64,000 nucleotides of DNA from Pseudogymnoascus verrucosus (Eukaryota). Under the pieces are notes generated by a model. That model saw only the letters and a list, made by a program, of their open reading frames with translations. It searched no databases and had not been told where the DNA came from. The stretch's first letter is position 1. The number at the start of each line of letters is the position of its first letter. The stretch lies in assembly GCA_001662655.1 (NCBI GenBank), contig KV460236.1; one strand, written 5' to 3'. This document shows, piece by piece, positions 1 to 12,088 of this stretch. Made by a program: the position numbers and the translations under genes.

Positions 1-210
1 CCAGCGATCGACCACCTCTCGACTTTTTGTGTTCTCTCCCGTGTCTCCGCTTGTGAAAGCAGCAGCAGAGCACACAGCAAGCAAGTCCATACGTGCCGAA
101 CCTCCAACCTCACCAAACCTTGGAAACTTTCCCCCCCATTCGATCACCAAAACACCCACCGACTCTGCCGCCAGATTCATCCTGTTCATAATTCACCCTC
201 TGGCTGCAAG

Positions 211-390
211 GTGAACATTCACGAGGTTCGCTTCCCTTGTACCCCACAGCCCCAAACGGCCCTCTTCTTTTTCGCGCCACTCGTGATCCATCCATCCATC
301 CATCCCTCCAACAAACTATTTGTCCACCACCACCACCACCACCTCCATCCAGCCCAACAACAATTGATGCTAACTACCTTGACCTTACAG
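211..390 (+). other. Probable 5'UTR intron of the LARP1-like gene
   Basis: AAG|GTGAAC donor at 211, GCTAAC branch at ~369, TTACAG acceptor ending 390. Confidence 0.55.
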
Positions 391-945
391 AGTCCATCTT
401 TACCAATCGATTCCCACTTAGCCCATTTCGCCCTCGCGAGCACGAGTTCCAGCGCTGGGGCCCATTGCATTTCGCAACCCACACTTTTCATCGCTCGCGC
501 TCTGGTTTCGCGGCGGGATTTCAGATCGTGACAACCTAACCACAAGAGTCCACAGACGACGACCGACTTCTACACCGATACAACTCGACTCTGGTCGATT
601 CTCGAAGAGGTCTCACTCAGGTTACACCTGTTCTTCTGGGCACTTCCGATCACCCGATCTCTCTCTCTCTCTCTACAATTGTGGCTTGAACTCTTAACCA
701 GAACAAGTTGCAAGGCATAACTTTTTTTCTCGGTGAATCGACAACACGAATCCTGAGAGGCAATCGTACGTGCCGTGCGGGGAGGTCTAGCAACACCTCT
801 CCGCTCATCCACCTTTGGAGGTGCTGAACTTCTTTCAGCCGTAATAGCGGAAGACCCCGATACCCAAGCATTTTCGCCCTCGGAAATCGCTTCTACTCCC
901 AAAAGTCTTTTTTTCGACCACCCACCACACACACACATCTACACG

Positions 946-3900
946 ATGACTACCACAGCAACAACAAGAGAGTCGGCCGCGGCTTTCTCATACGCGCAGG
1001 CTGCAAAAGGTCGCGCTGCGGCGAACGCCTCGCTGCTCTCAAGTCAGAATACCTCGGGCACAAACACACCATCGAAAGATATGAGCCTGTCCGTTGAGTC
1101 CTCGCTGGACTTCAGCAATACCGCAGCCACGTCTGATGCTGATCGGAGCACCAACGGTGACGCCGATGTCAAGGTTCCCGGAACCCTAGCCAGCTCGACC
1201 ACTGCGTCCTTCCAGAACTCGGTCCCCACATCGCCGAGCTACGGGACCGCTTCGACATCAACACTTCCCCGCGAGGAGGAGGCTGCTGCTGCACCGAAGC
1301 TGTCGGACTCGCCATGGGACCGACTAGCCGCGTCCGAGACCGTCTCTGAGAAGCCAGAGGGCGATCGACGAAAGACGAGGAAAGGAAAGAAGGACAAGAA
1401 CGCCGACAAGGATGCCGAGAAAGAGAAGGAGGAGCCAAAGCCAGCGGAGATCCTGGTTGCAGCACCACCGCCTGCCGTAAATTTCTGGCAGCAGCGCATG
1501 GCCTCGAAGCCAGCGTCCGAGGAGCCCACAGCGGCCGAGGCGTCGACTGAGGTGAAGCCCGCCGAGAAGAGGAAACCCAAGGCCGATGAGGGCGAGAAGT
1601 CCGCTGGCCCGAGCCAGAACGGAACTGCACGAGAGACCAAGGGTCAGAAGAAGAACGGCGAGTCGTCCAGGGGGAAGGAGGATTACAACAAGAGATCTGC
1701 CCCGCGAGGAAGCCGAGTAGGCGACAAAGACGAGAAGGCTGCTGCGAACCAGCTGCCACCGCCCGTTGGAGACGCCGTTTCATGGCCTACCCCGGAGACT
1801 GCTCTGGAGGAGGAGAAGCGCAAGGCGCAGGAGAAGATTGATAAGGATGAGAAGGACGCTGAGTCCAGCGCGAATAAGCAGCCGAGGCAGAAGGAGAAGT
1901 GGGTTAGCGTGCCGTATACACCATCCGTCACTTTCAACACCCCGCTGCCAGCTCGTGGAGCTAGAGGCCGTGCGGGACGTCCTGCTGGTCGCGATGGCGG
2001 CGGCCGTGGTGGTCAGTCATCGAATGATGGGCACGGTGGAGACAAGACTGTCTCTTCTGAGAATACCGGCTCTGATAACCGCGAGCGTGGCAGAGACAGC
2101 AATGGCAGTGGCCGCGCTACGTCTCTCCCACCTAACGCCTCCAAGAGGTCTGCAGGCGATTCGTATCGTGATGCGCGCAAGCCCTCTACTGCTGAGAAGA
2201 AGACCGAGTCCGCGGCAGCAAAGGCCGACGCCGCAGCGTCTTCCAATGGTCGTCGATCATCCATCGCGACACAGACAGAGTCTACCAATGGCCCAAGTGA
2301 TGGCGCGAGGTCTCAGAAGAATGAGCAGCCAAACGGCACCTCTGATTCGCATGCTCACCCGCACTCTGCCGGCTATGACATGCGCAGCGAGTTCAATGCC
2401 CGCGCCGGCGACTTCCAGAAGGACGCCAACGGACACCAAGGGCGTGAGCGCGGCGAGGGTCGCTCTGAGCGCGGCCGTGGCGGATACCGTGGCCGCGGCA
2501 ACCACGGCAACTTCGCCAACGGACAGCAACATCCTCAGCAGGCCTACAGCAATGGCCAGGTCCAGCAGCCAGTTAACGGCTACAACATGAGACCGAATGG
2601 CCCATACAGCCCCACTCCCCCATCCCAGCCATTTCCGGGTGGCTTCCCGCAGCCGGCGCAGCGTGGACGCAGTGGAGCTCCTCCGCCGCGATCGCAGTCG
2701 AACCCGAATTCGGGACCGATGTATCCGAGGTATCCGGGGAACCCGAATGGGCCCCCGATGATGTCGCCGATTGCTACGAATGGTGCTATGTTTGATTACC
2801 CTGGTATGCAGAGCATGAGCGCTGTGCCGTACAACCCATATGTGGAGCCTTACTCTGTTATGGCTATGGTTACGATGCAGTTGGAGTATTACTTCTCCAT
2901 CGACAACTTGTGCAAGGATGTTTTCCTGAGGAAGCACATGGACTCGCAAGGATTTGTCTTCCTGTCCTTCATCGCAGGATTCAAGAGAATCCAGTCCCTC
3001 ACTCAGGACTTTGAGCTCCTCCGCTACTCGTGCCAGGAGTCTGATGTCATCGAGATTGTCGTCGGAGACGACGGCGTCGATAGGCTCAGGAGAAACGACG
3101 GCTGGGAGAAGTGGGTTCTTCCTATTGAGGAGAGAGATGAGGCCGCGAGGAACAAGGGCCCAGAGAGGTTCTACCGTCAATCGCATCCTCGCGGGCAGCA
3201 GATGCCTCAGCGAATGATGCCCCAGGGCCCACAAGGAGGACCCCCGCCACCATTCTCCCCGAACGGTGTCCAGAGCTTCACTCCCTACGCTGCTGGGTCG
3301 CCGAATATGAACGGCGAGAACGGATTCGTTCCTCCTCCCATGCACGATTCGCCGCTCTCGGCTGCGGTGCCGGAGTTTGCGCCTGCGCCGGCGTTCAATC
3401 CGGCGGACTATGTTGATGTTCCTACTACGTTTGCGGATGAGGAGATTACCAGCCTGACTGTTGTGTACAGCCAGAAGGCGTCTGGGGAGGCTCCGCAGAG
3501 GGTTCCGTATAATGGGAACTCGAGGACTTTCTCGAATGGTTCGATTGATGCGCGTGTCATCGCTGAGGAGCTCCAGGAGGCTGAGAAGCGTCAGGGTCGC
3601 CCACTTACAAACGGCAGCAGTGAGAGCTCGGAGATGTAAGTTATACCTGTGTCACTACATCTATATATCAGTTTTCTAATCCACCACAGCTCTCCCGAAC
3701 GCCTAAGGAACTCCCTAAGCCCCTCAACCATGTCCCCCACGCGCCTCGTCTTCGGCAACGCCCCCCCCGTCATGTGGCTCAAAAGCCAAGTCGACGCCAC
3801 CTCCCCCCCCTCCGAATCCAAGACCAGCGAGCCCTACACCATGATCCGCTCGCGCGCCCTCTCCAACCGCCCTTCCTCCCCCCCCGCCGACGTCGACAAC

Positions 3901-4254
3901 GACATGAAAGTCCTCTACCAGTTCTGGGCGCATTTCCTGATCCGCAACTTCAACCCCCAGATGTACGAGGAGTTCCGGCGGTGCGCGCACGAGGACGCGG
4001 GGCGCCAGGCGATGTTTGGAATGAATCACCTCGTGACGTTCTATGATGAGGTGCTGAATAGCAAGAAGCGCACGGTGCCGGAGGTGTTTGCCAGGCATTA
4101 TGTGGAGTTGGTGAGGGAGGAGGATAGGGCGAAGGATAGGCCTGCTTTTGCGAAGTTGAGGGCGGCGTGGAGGAATGGCGCGTTGGATATGAAGAGTCGG
4201 AAGAAGGTGGATGGGTTTGTGGATCCGGTGTTGAGGGAGGAGTTGGAGAGGTAG
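946..4254 (+). CDS. La-motif RNA-binding protein, LARP1-like with C-terminal DM15-like region; 2 exons (946-3635, 3690-4254)
   Basis: La motif QLEYYFSIDNLCKDVFLRKHMDSQGFV; RGG-rich middle; intron GTAAGT(3636)..CTAAT..CACAG(3689) joins in frame to SPERLR...LYQFWAHFLIRNFNPQMYEEFRR (DM15-like). Confidence 0.9.
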
Positions 4255-6616
4255 AAGGTTTGTCGCTGTTTATGCTTCGCTCTCTCGCTCTTCCGTTTCT
4301 GCAACCTTCGATATCTTGGCCCTACCTACCTACCTCTTACGAATGCTAAGATACCTCTTCGTTTTCGACATGTCCGTTTACACAACTACACCACAACTAC
4401 GCATCGCCATGCAGGCGTCCCTCTGGACCTTTTTGTCACCGATATACCTACTTTAATGAGCGCCACTCTCTCGCATAAAAACTTCATTTGAACTACTACT
4501 ACACTTTTCGGATCATAAAGGAACACGCACACACTCTTCTCTTTTTTCTTTCTACAAAAATCTCGGGATAACCAAACCGCAGCAATTGTTCAAGTAATAA
4601 AAACCAAACCAACGCCCCTTGTGTGGAAAATTCGGGATATCGGAATTTGCTTTTTTTGCTTCTTTTTATTTTTTTGTGTACACCAACTGCTTTCACGCAA
4701 CTATGCAAGGAAAAACCCGCGCACGCCGCACGGAAAACGAGCCGACTAGGTCTTCGTTATTAGCTTCTTATGGAAAAATTCGTTTATCTAACGACGACAT
4801 CGTTCTTCTCAAGATTTGAAAACTCTTTTTTGTCTTTTGCAACAACACACAAAACTGGCCCACACTTGCCCGACACTTTGCTGGCGTTGAAAATATGGGG
4901 AGGGGGTTGGGAAAAATTGCGTATTTGGACATCCTTTTGTTGCGAATGGGATGGATTTTGTGTGACTTTTGTTTTTTGTTTTTTTGTGTTTGTGCGTTGC
5001 GGTCGTGTGCTTTTTTTGTGTGAAGATATCTGGACTGCTCTGTCTGCTTCATGGCTGCGGAAGGAAGTGCCGACGACGACTGCCACAGGGCACGACTTTT
5101 TCCAAACCTAGCCAGCCCTTGGACTTGGGTAAAGAAAATATGGGATCCAAACAGCAACACCACCACCCACAGCCAGCCATTGCCACCGTCTTCCTTCCTA
5201 CCACCAAATTGCGCGACGGGAGTCTGCACTTTTTCTTCACTTTTACGTCCCACGGGTTTTTCTTCTTCTACGCATAGACAAGGGGGGGGAAGCGTTGGGA
5301 TTTTCCCAGGATTTTTTCGTGGGTTTGCCTGGTTTTCGGAGCCGGGCTGGGGTGGAGGGTCGCGTGGGCGGGAAGGGTTAAGGGGCGGGGGGGTGGGGAT
5401 GGGGGACAGAGGGGGGAAAGGGAAATAGGGAAGGGAAGGGGGGGGAGGGGGGAATGATATGATCAACTTCGTTTGGGACTTTGTTGTTACTGTAATTATA
5501 GAAAATTAACTGAAAACTTGGGTGGGGATATGGGGATAGGGGGCGGGGGGGATGGAGAATGTTGAGAATTTTTTGATATTGATATTTGTGTTGGATGTGC
5601 TTTTTTGTGATTATTTTGTGATTATGACTGACTGGGTTATAAATATAAATGGGGTGAATAAAGTCGACGCGTGCGGGTTTGGGTAAGAGAGTATCTACGA
5701 ACTATGTCTCGATCGTCCACACTCCTCGTTTAGAAGTCATGTATGTAACACATCATATCTACGCAGCTCAAGTATACGAAATCCATTTCTCGTAAAAAAA
5801 AGTATATAATCATCAGGCATTACCCCCCCCATCCTACCATCCCAACCCAACTTCTCCCCAATTCCCACACACATAAAGAACCCAGGAGTTGAGTCCCATT
5901 TTATCCTGCATCCTTGCAAAGGTCTGAGATCTGAGATCTGAAATATAAAAAAGACATCGCGGAAATAAAACATAAACTAAGTAAGAAAAAAAAAAAACGT
6001 ATTTAATAGTAGGAAACCCCCCCCCCCCCCCCGAACCCAATCCCATCCACCCTACCACATCCAACCACCGTTCGTTCGTTCGTTTCGTGGGTATCCGCCG
6101 CTCGTAATTCGTATCGTGTCTCATCCCGCACTCGCTGTGCAGGGTAGGTAGGTAGGGTACTCGTATAAAATCGTGTGTCGAAAGTACGAAAAAAAAACCT
6201 CCATGCAAGCTTGCGTCGATCTGCAGGTCACTTGCAGGCGGGGAAGGAGGAAGTTGGGCGCAAAGAGGCACAGAGGTATAAAATATCGGGGTTGGCTCTG
6301 GGCTTCAAGTGCGTCGAGCTAATCACAGGGGGGGTGGAAAATCAGTTTTGTATTCTTGCGATAAGGTAAGAACGAACGAACTCCATACACGAGATGAAGA
6401 AATGCAGGCATGGTGATGCCGGTTGGGTAAATGAAAAGAAGATGGATAAATAAGCAGGCAGGAAGGCGTTGTGGAGGCTGGCTGGCGATGCGGGTGGCGG
6501 CGCGAAGTATGTGCTAGGGTATCATTGCTTGGAGTCCCTGACTCCATTCTGAAGAAGAATGCGTTGTATTGTAAAGTTTCATAACGTCGTAACGGTCGTG
6601 TCAAAAAAAGAAGTCT

Positions 6617-8965
6617 TCATCGCCTGCGAGAGTCCCGCGAGTCTCGAGAATCAAACCCCGGAGGCCGGGGCAAGTCCGGAGCATACGGCGCGTAGGGATC
6701 ATCGTCGATATAGAGGCGTTGACGACTATTCCTCGCATCCGGGGGAGAGAGATCCGACGACGACTGGTAAGGCGCGTCTGCGATGCGGCGACTAGGAGAG
6801 ACGCGTCTGCTGCGCCCTTGGTCGGAGCGGGTGGCAGCGCGATCGCAGCGTTTTTGGTGGCGTTCTGCGCGTTCGATTTGGGCTTTGCGGTATTCCTCTC
6901 TCATTTCGCTCATTTCTTTCCATTCTGATTGTCGGGTTAGTAAATTTGGAGAGTAGTATAATAGCAGTTGCAGAAAATACTTACCAGAGATAGCACCCTT
7001 GATACCAAGGCCAGCAATGCCCACCGAAGCCGCCGTCCGCATCCTCGCCTTCGCCTTCTCCTTCCTCGCCTCTTCCGGAGTCATATCCCCCTCCGCCACC
7101 GCCTTATGCCCCGCCTTCCGCTTCTCCACACTCTGATATATATTATGCGCCGCATGAATGGTCGCCACGGTCGCAAGACCAGCAGTAAGAAATTGCTTAC
7201 CTTTCATCTTCTTGATCCTCTTGTTATCATCTGTAGAGGAGCCAAGACTGTCAGAATCGCTAATCGCTTGTTTGCCTTCGGCTACTCGCCTGTTTCTGCC
7301 GTCCGACCCCCTGTGGCTGCGCCGGTCATCGTAGTCCCTGTCCCGGTGCTTGTCGTCGCGGCGGTTACGGTCGTAGTCGTCGTCTGAGGAATCCAAGTCC
7401 CGATCTCTATCTCTGTCGTCGCGGTGGCGGCGAGATGACGACTTGTGGCTGCGCACGTCGCTGCGCGAGTCGTCCATGTCGCGGTCCCTGTCCCGTCTGC
7501 TGCTGCCGTGGCGGTCGTCGGCGGCGTCGTTCAGACCGAGTGCTGCTAGGCCCTTTCGCGCGTAGTCGGTGACGCTCTTGCTGCGCTTGGGGCGTCTGGA
7601 TTCTTGGCTGTCTTCTGAGCCGGATCTTCTTCGGCGGTCGTCGCGAGAGCGGGATGTCGAGCGGTCGTGGTGCTTCTTGGCAGCGAAGGCTCCTAGACCT
7701 GCAGTTGCAAGAGCAGCGAGTGGCATTGCCGATCTGGAACGAGAACGGTGACGGCCACCTCCGCCGTGGGAAGACTTGCCATCGTCGCTTCGAGCTCCGT
7801 TGATCAGTCTGTTTCCTGCCAAACCGCCAACAACAGCTTCCAAGAGATGGCGTTTGCTGTTGTGCTCTGGGTTGTCGCCAGCAGCGGCTGCGCCAACACC
7901 ACCAGCTCCAATGGCAGCTGTCAAGATGCGCTTGCCTTTAGCACCGTTCCACCCCCCTGGCTCGTTGCGAACGCGGAAGGCCTCAGCTGCACCAGCGAGT
8001 AAAGCAGCCTTTGCAGCCTGCTGGAATTTAGCAACACCCTCAGGTGACTTGCCTCGGCCTCGCTCGCCATCTCCCTTGGTTCGACGGCTGCCGCGGCTCG
8101 ATTCGCTGCTGTGACGTCTGCGACGGTCATCGCGATCATCGCGGTCACGGCGGTCACCACGGTCGCTGCGGTCGTCGTCATGGCCACCCATAGCTTTTGC
8201 AGCTGCGCCCAGGCCAGCAAGGCCCATGGCCCCTTCGACGATGGATTTTCTGCGGCTCTTCTTGGGCTTCTCTTCCTTCTCCTCCTCTGAACAGTACTCG
8301 ATTGCGTGTCCATCCCTGTCGTAGGCGATAGCGTGTTTCTCCTTGACCTCCTTTTCCTTCTTGTCGGCGAACTTCTTCGTATAGATATCAGCACCCTCAA
8401 AGCCAGCGAAGGCACCAGCAGCGCCAACAGCAGCGGTGGCTAGTATGTTTCGGTCCTTGCGCTCGCCTCCGTGCGTCTTGGATTGGCGATAGTCCCATAG
8501 CTCCTTGCCGCCAACAGCCAAAGCGGCGCCGCCGACAGCTGCCATGATCTTCTGGTTGCGCGACAGCGAGCGGCGTCTCCTTACGCCCTTCTTCTCCTTC
8601 TCACCGCCCGTCGAACGGCGATCATCGTCTCTGTCTCGTTCGGAGCGTCTGGTGTCTCCGAGGTACTGGCCGTACTGGGGGTGTCGGTCGACCGAGCGGG
8701 ATCGCGCAGGAGGGCCATAGCGATCATCCGTACCGGGCGGCGGAAAGGCTCTGGGGACTTCTTCGATGGAGAGGTCGCTATCTTCTCGTCCGCGAAGTGT
8801 CAAATCTTGTCGCGATGAGACATATGGTGGGTCGACAATAGCCGGGCCTCTGACGTACGTATCCGTGGTTTCGTAACGAGGGTCGTCCCGCTCGTCCCGG
8901 TGGTGGTGCCGGTGCGATCGGTGCCGCCGTGGAGCTTCGGTCTCGTAGGAGTCGTAGGTTGACAT
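6617..8965 (-). CDS. Arg/Asp/Ser-rich fungal protein with glycine-zipper-like segments (DUF3824-like); intron 6925-6984
   Basis: Repeated AAVGAAGAFAG / LTAGLATVATIHAAH motifs; removing 60-nt GTAAGT..CTAAC..CAG intron gives GIKGAIS-EWKEM. Confidence 0.7.
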   Translation of the reverse strand: MSTYDSYETEAPRRHRSHRHHHRDERDDPRYETTDTYVRGPAIVDPPYVSSRQDLTLRGREDSDLSIEEVPRAFPPPGTDDRYGPPARSRSVDRHPQYGQYLGDTRRSERDRDDDRRSTGGEKEKKGVRRRRSLSRNQKIMAAVGGAALAVGGKELWDYRQSKTHGGERKDRNILATAAVGAAGAFAGFEGADIYTKKFADKKEKEVKEKHAIAYDRDGHAIEYCSEEEKEEKPKKSRRKSIVEGAMGLAGLGAAAKAMGGHDDDRSDRGDRRDRDDRDDRRRRHSSESSRGSRRTKGDGERGRGKSPEGVAKFQQAAKAALLAGAAEAFRVRNEPGGWNGAKGKRILTAAIGAGGVGAAAAGDNPEHNSKRHLLEAVVGGLAGNRLINGARSDDGKSSHGGGGRHRSRSRSAMPLAALATAGLGAFAAKKHHDRSTSRSRDDRRRRSGSEDSQESRRPKRSKSVTDYARKGLAALGLNDAADDRHGSSRRDRDRDMDDSRSDVRSHKSSSRRHRDDRDRDRDLDSSDDDYDRNRRDDKHRDRDYDDRRSHRGSDGRNRRVAEGKQAISDSDSLGSSTDDNKRIKKMKGKQFLTAGLATVATIHAAHNIYQSVEKRKAGHKAVAEGDMTPEEARKEKAKARMRTAASVGIAGLGIKGAISGKYFLQLLLYYSPNLLTRQSEWKEMSEMREEYRKAQIERAERHQKRCDRAATRSDQGRSRRVSPSRRIADAPYQSSSDLSPPDARNSRQRLYIDDDPYAPYAPDLPRPPGFDSRDSRDSRRR

Positions 8966-11188
8966 TATGGCGACGGATATGTTAAATCAGAACAACGTCT
9001 GCGTCAACACCTGGAGATGAAGTTTGCGACGAGCTTTGGGTAGCAACCAGGCTTTGAACCCTGTGCGATGAGTAGATTGTAGAGCTCACTATAGATCCAA
9101 GGCTATATTGCACTAGGGAATATGTTGAAGCCAAGAGCGATAGTGAGTGTAAGCAAGAGAGCTAAGATAGCAGTGAAGTTGAAGTATAAGGTGGCGATGA
9201 TGATGATGATGATGAATAGAAAGTTGTTACTGTGTGGGAAGGGTTTCAGGTTATCCTGTAGAAGGCTGGCGGGGGTGTTGGTTGGAGGGGTAAGTCGGCA
9301 CCCAGTGAGTTAGCTTGGCAGAGAGATGGGTGAGTGAGCGAATAATAAAGTGGAGGGGTTGGAACGAGGGGCATTAATTATACGCTTCCTCCACTACTTA
9401 TGCAGTAGTGAGAGCGCATAGAAAGCGCCATATAATTTGTTACTCGTTGACTCGTTGATATATCATGGGATTCATGCACGTAACGTCCAGTGGCTGAGCT
9501 CCAAGAGGCCCTTTTGCGCCTATTAGGCCTCTTTACCCCTACATTTCAGTCGACGCCCTTCACTGAAAACACCCTTCTGCGCACTAAATGTGGCACTGCT
9601 AGAGGTACCCGCCGCTACTTTACTTACCTTTACTGATGGTTTGTTGACAGACAGCGACGACGCAAGGTACGAAAAGTGCTTCTAGCATACGTCCATGGCT
9701 CTGTCATGCGAGCTAGCATAGGGGAAAGTGGAGTTCTAGGAGTCAGGCAGGCATCAAATATCATCCTCCCCAGACACAATATGGTGCAGAAGTCTCGTCT
9801 GACAGAGTCTAGATGCTAGAAAAATAAATACCTCGTGAAAGGATTTGTACCAGACGACGAGGCTGTCTCTGGCTGTCTCTGGCGTGACATCCCATACGAT
9901 GGGGGGTGTGCCGCATAGGGCGCCTGACAACCCCTTCACACTCCACTAGTCGACCACAACAGCTCAGGATCCGAGAAATTGTTGGAGAGGATGCATATAT
10001 CCCTAAGACACAGCCACCAGCTGGAAGCGCACACAACGCGCACAGCGCCACAGACATGCAGCATCCTACGGTCTGTATGTGGCTGGTCTGGAAGCAGGGG
10101 AGATATCTATATGGATTACCTCTCGGTGACATCGCCAAGAGGTTTCCCCTTCATCCTACCATCGTTCTATTCACTCTAGGCAGCTAGCCGGAGTTGCCGC
10201 TGCAAGTACCTGTCCGTGGCATCTACGAGCTATGTTCCTTTATATGCAGCCTCTCATCTTTACGTAACGGGTCTTCCGGGCTCACAAGTTTGTGAAATCC
10301 ATCAAGTCTCCACCGCCTACCGCCGGATTGTCTAGAGCGTCTCCTAGGCGCTTGCCCGACGGGAAATTCGGAGTGATTCACCGAGAAATAATATATCGAG
10401 ACCCGAATATCGTGAGATCAGTGTTCTATTTTAAAGATCCCCATCTCCACGAGTGGATACTACCTGATTTTCCCTCCAGGTAACGTAACAAGAATGACGA
10501 AAGGGCAGGATTGACATTCCAGAACACTATATCCCACTTCTACCTGGTGGGGGTTTCGTCATGGGCGGGCAGAGACACAGCCACAACCCGCGCCGGCGCC
10601 ACATCCTCGACGCCACACATATGAAAACGACAATAGATTTCATAAATACGTATCACGTGATATACGCGCTTGTGAATTGCCGAGATGTTCCACACCAAGT
10701 TCCAACTTTCCCCATGTACCGGCGCTAAGAACCTTGCAATGCATACTATGCTTAGCTCACAAGCAATGGCAGAGCAACGAAGTCGGGGATGTCGATCATG
10801 GAGCCCCAGAACTACGATCTTCACGATTTCACTGCTTCAATAATGTTGAATTGCCAAACGATCGGCCCACATAGCGTATCTGCTACAGGTTTTGCCCGTT
10901 GATCCGTCGGACCATATCCGTTCACTAAGGCAATCCTTGCCCGATAAGGGGTACATGACGACAAATCATCATCATACTCTATTGTATCTTTGATATATGT
11001 CATACTATCATAATGATAAAAATGCTATCAACAGATTAGTAAGAATGATTTAATATAAGGGTAGGAGTCCTCATTTCCAGTCCTCTCTTCCATTCGAATT
11101 TCAAAAGTTCAAAAGTCTTGTCTACATATCACAACTGCTCTTCATTTTCCACGCCTCAAAAATCTTAATAAGCTCCACTCACTTCAAA

Positions 11189-11766
11189 ATGCAATTCCAA
11201 TACTTAGCCGTCGCCCTCCTCAGCGGCCTTGCCATCGCTACCCCAGATCTCCAGCAGCCAGAGAAGCGTGTTGAGTAAGTTCTCACCCCCTTCACCAAAC
11301 TCCCACAAAGCAATATCCTAACATCCCTCCCAGTATCGTCGGAGATGTCACCTCTGCAGCCGGCGGAGCAGTCAGCAGCGCCCTCGGCGGCATCACCAGC
11401 GCCGTCGGCAGCATCACCGGCGGCGGCTCCTCCGCCCAGGAGACCGGCGCCTCTTCCGGCAGCGAAGCCTCGTCCACCGCCAGCTCCGAGGCATCCTCCT
11501 CCACCGGCAGCGAGTCGTCGTCCGCCACCGAGTCCTCCTCCACCGGCAGCGAGTCGTCGTCCGCCACTGAGTCCTCCTCTACCGGAAGCGAGTCGTCGTC
11601 CGCTACCGAGTCCTCCTCCACCGGCAGCGAGACTGGAGCCTCCTCTACTGGAGCCTCCTCTACTGGAGGAGCCGGAAGCTCGGGCACCAGCACCGGAGGC
11701 GCCATGAGGACCGCTGCTCCTATGGCTGGTCTCTTGGGTGCTGCTGGATTTATGCTTGTGTTGTAA
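11189..11766 (+). CDS. Small secreted Ser/Thr/Gly-rich, probably GPI-anchored cell-wall protein (~172 aa); exons 11189-11274, 11334-11766
   Basis: Signal peptide MQFQYLAVALLSGLAIA, KR site, intron GTAAGT..CTAAC..CAG, S/T repeats, hydrophobic tail GGAMRTAAPMAGLLGAAGFMLVL*; correct frame absent from ORF track. Confidence 0.85.
11494..11632 (+). repeat. 39-bp coding minisatellite (~3.5 copies, SSSTGSESSSATE)
   Basis: TCCTCCTCCACCGGCAGCGAGTCGTCGTCCGCCACCGAG unit repeated with synonymous changes. Confidence 0.85.
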
Positions 11767-12088
11767 GCGGCGCAGTTTTTCGCAGTACGAACGAGTCCAG
11801 TTGAGGAAAAGGATCAAACTGGAAGTTATATATAGCTCGGCGCCCGGTAATAGATTATTGGTATAATAATTAATTAGTTTAGAGTAGATTAAAAATCAAC
11901 GTGTGCATAATAAGTACTGTTGTATAAATTGTTCAGGCTTGCTTTCATTTGGAGTGATAAAAATATGTCCCATGTTCCAACGCATTACGTGCATTTTGAT
12001 ATGCATGGTATGTCCGGACACGAAAAGTAATAGCTCCCTCATATTGTTGAAACCCCAAAGGAACAACCTTAAGGCCATCTTCCCGCCT

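Noticed and set aside
1044..3345. Long antisense/alternate-frame ORFs inside the LARP1-like gene (and likewise in RPS5, RPS25, ABC, SEY1)
   Set aside because: Expected from GC3-biased codon usage; no independent motifs.
4768..5466. Overlapping ORFs up to 232 aa
   Set aside because: Low-complexity UTR/intergenic DNA (T- and G-runs), non-ATG starts, no domain.
9503..9533. AAGAGGCC..GGCCTCTT hairpin
   Set aside because: Isolated 8-bp stem, chance level.
9750..11003. Short ORFs as possible gene relic
   Set aside because: No recognisable domain or consistent splice model.
11179..11817. Three long repetitive ORFs (212, 137, 120 aa)
   Set aside because: Antisense or off-frame shadows of the spliced S/T-rich GPI gene.
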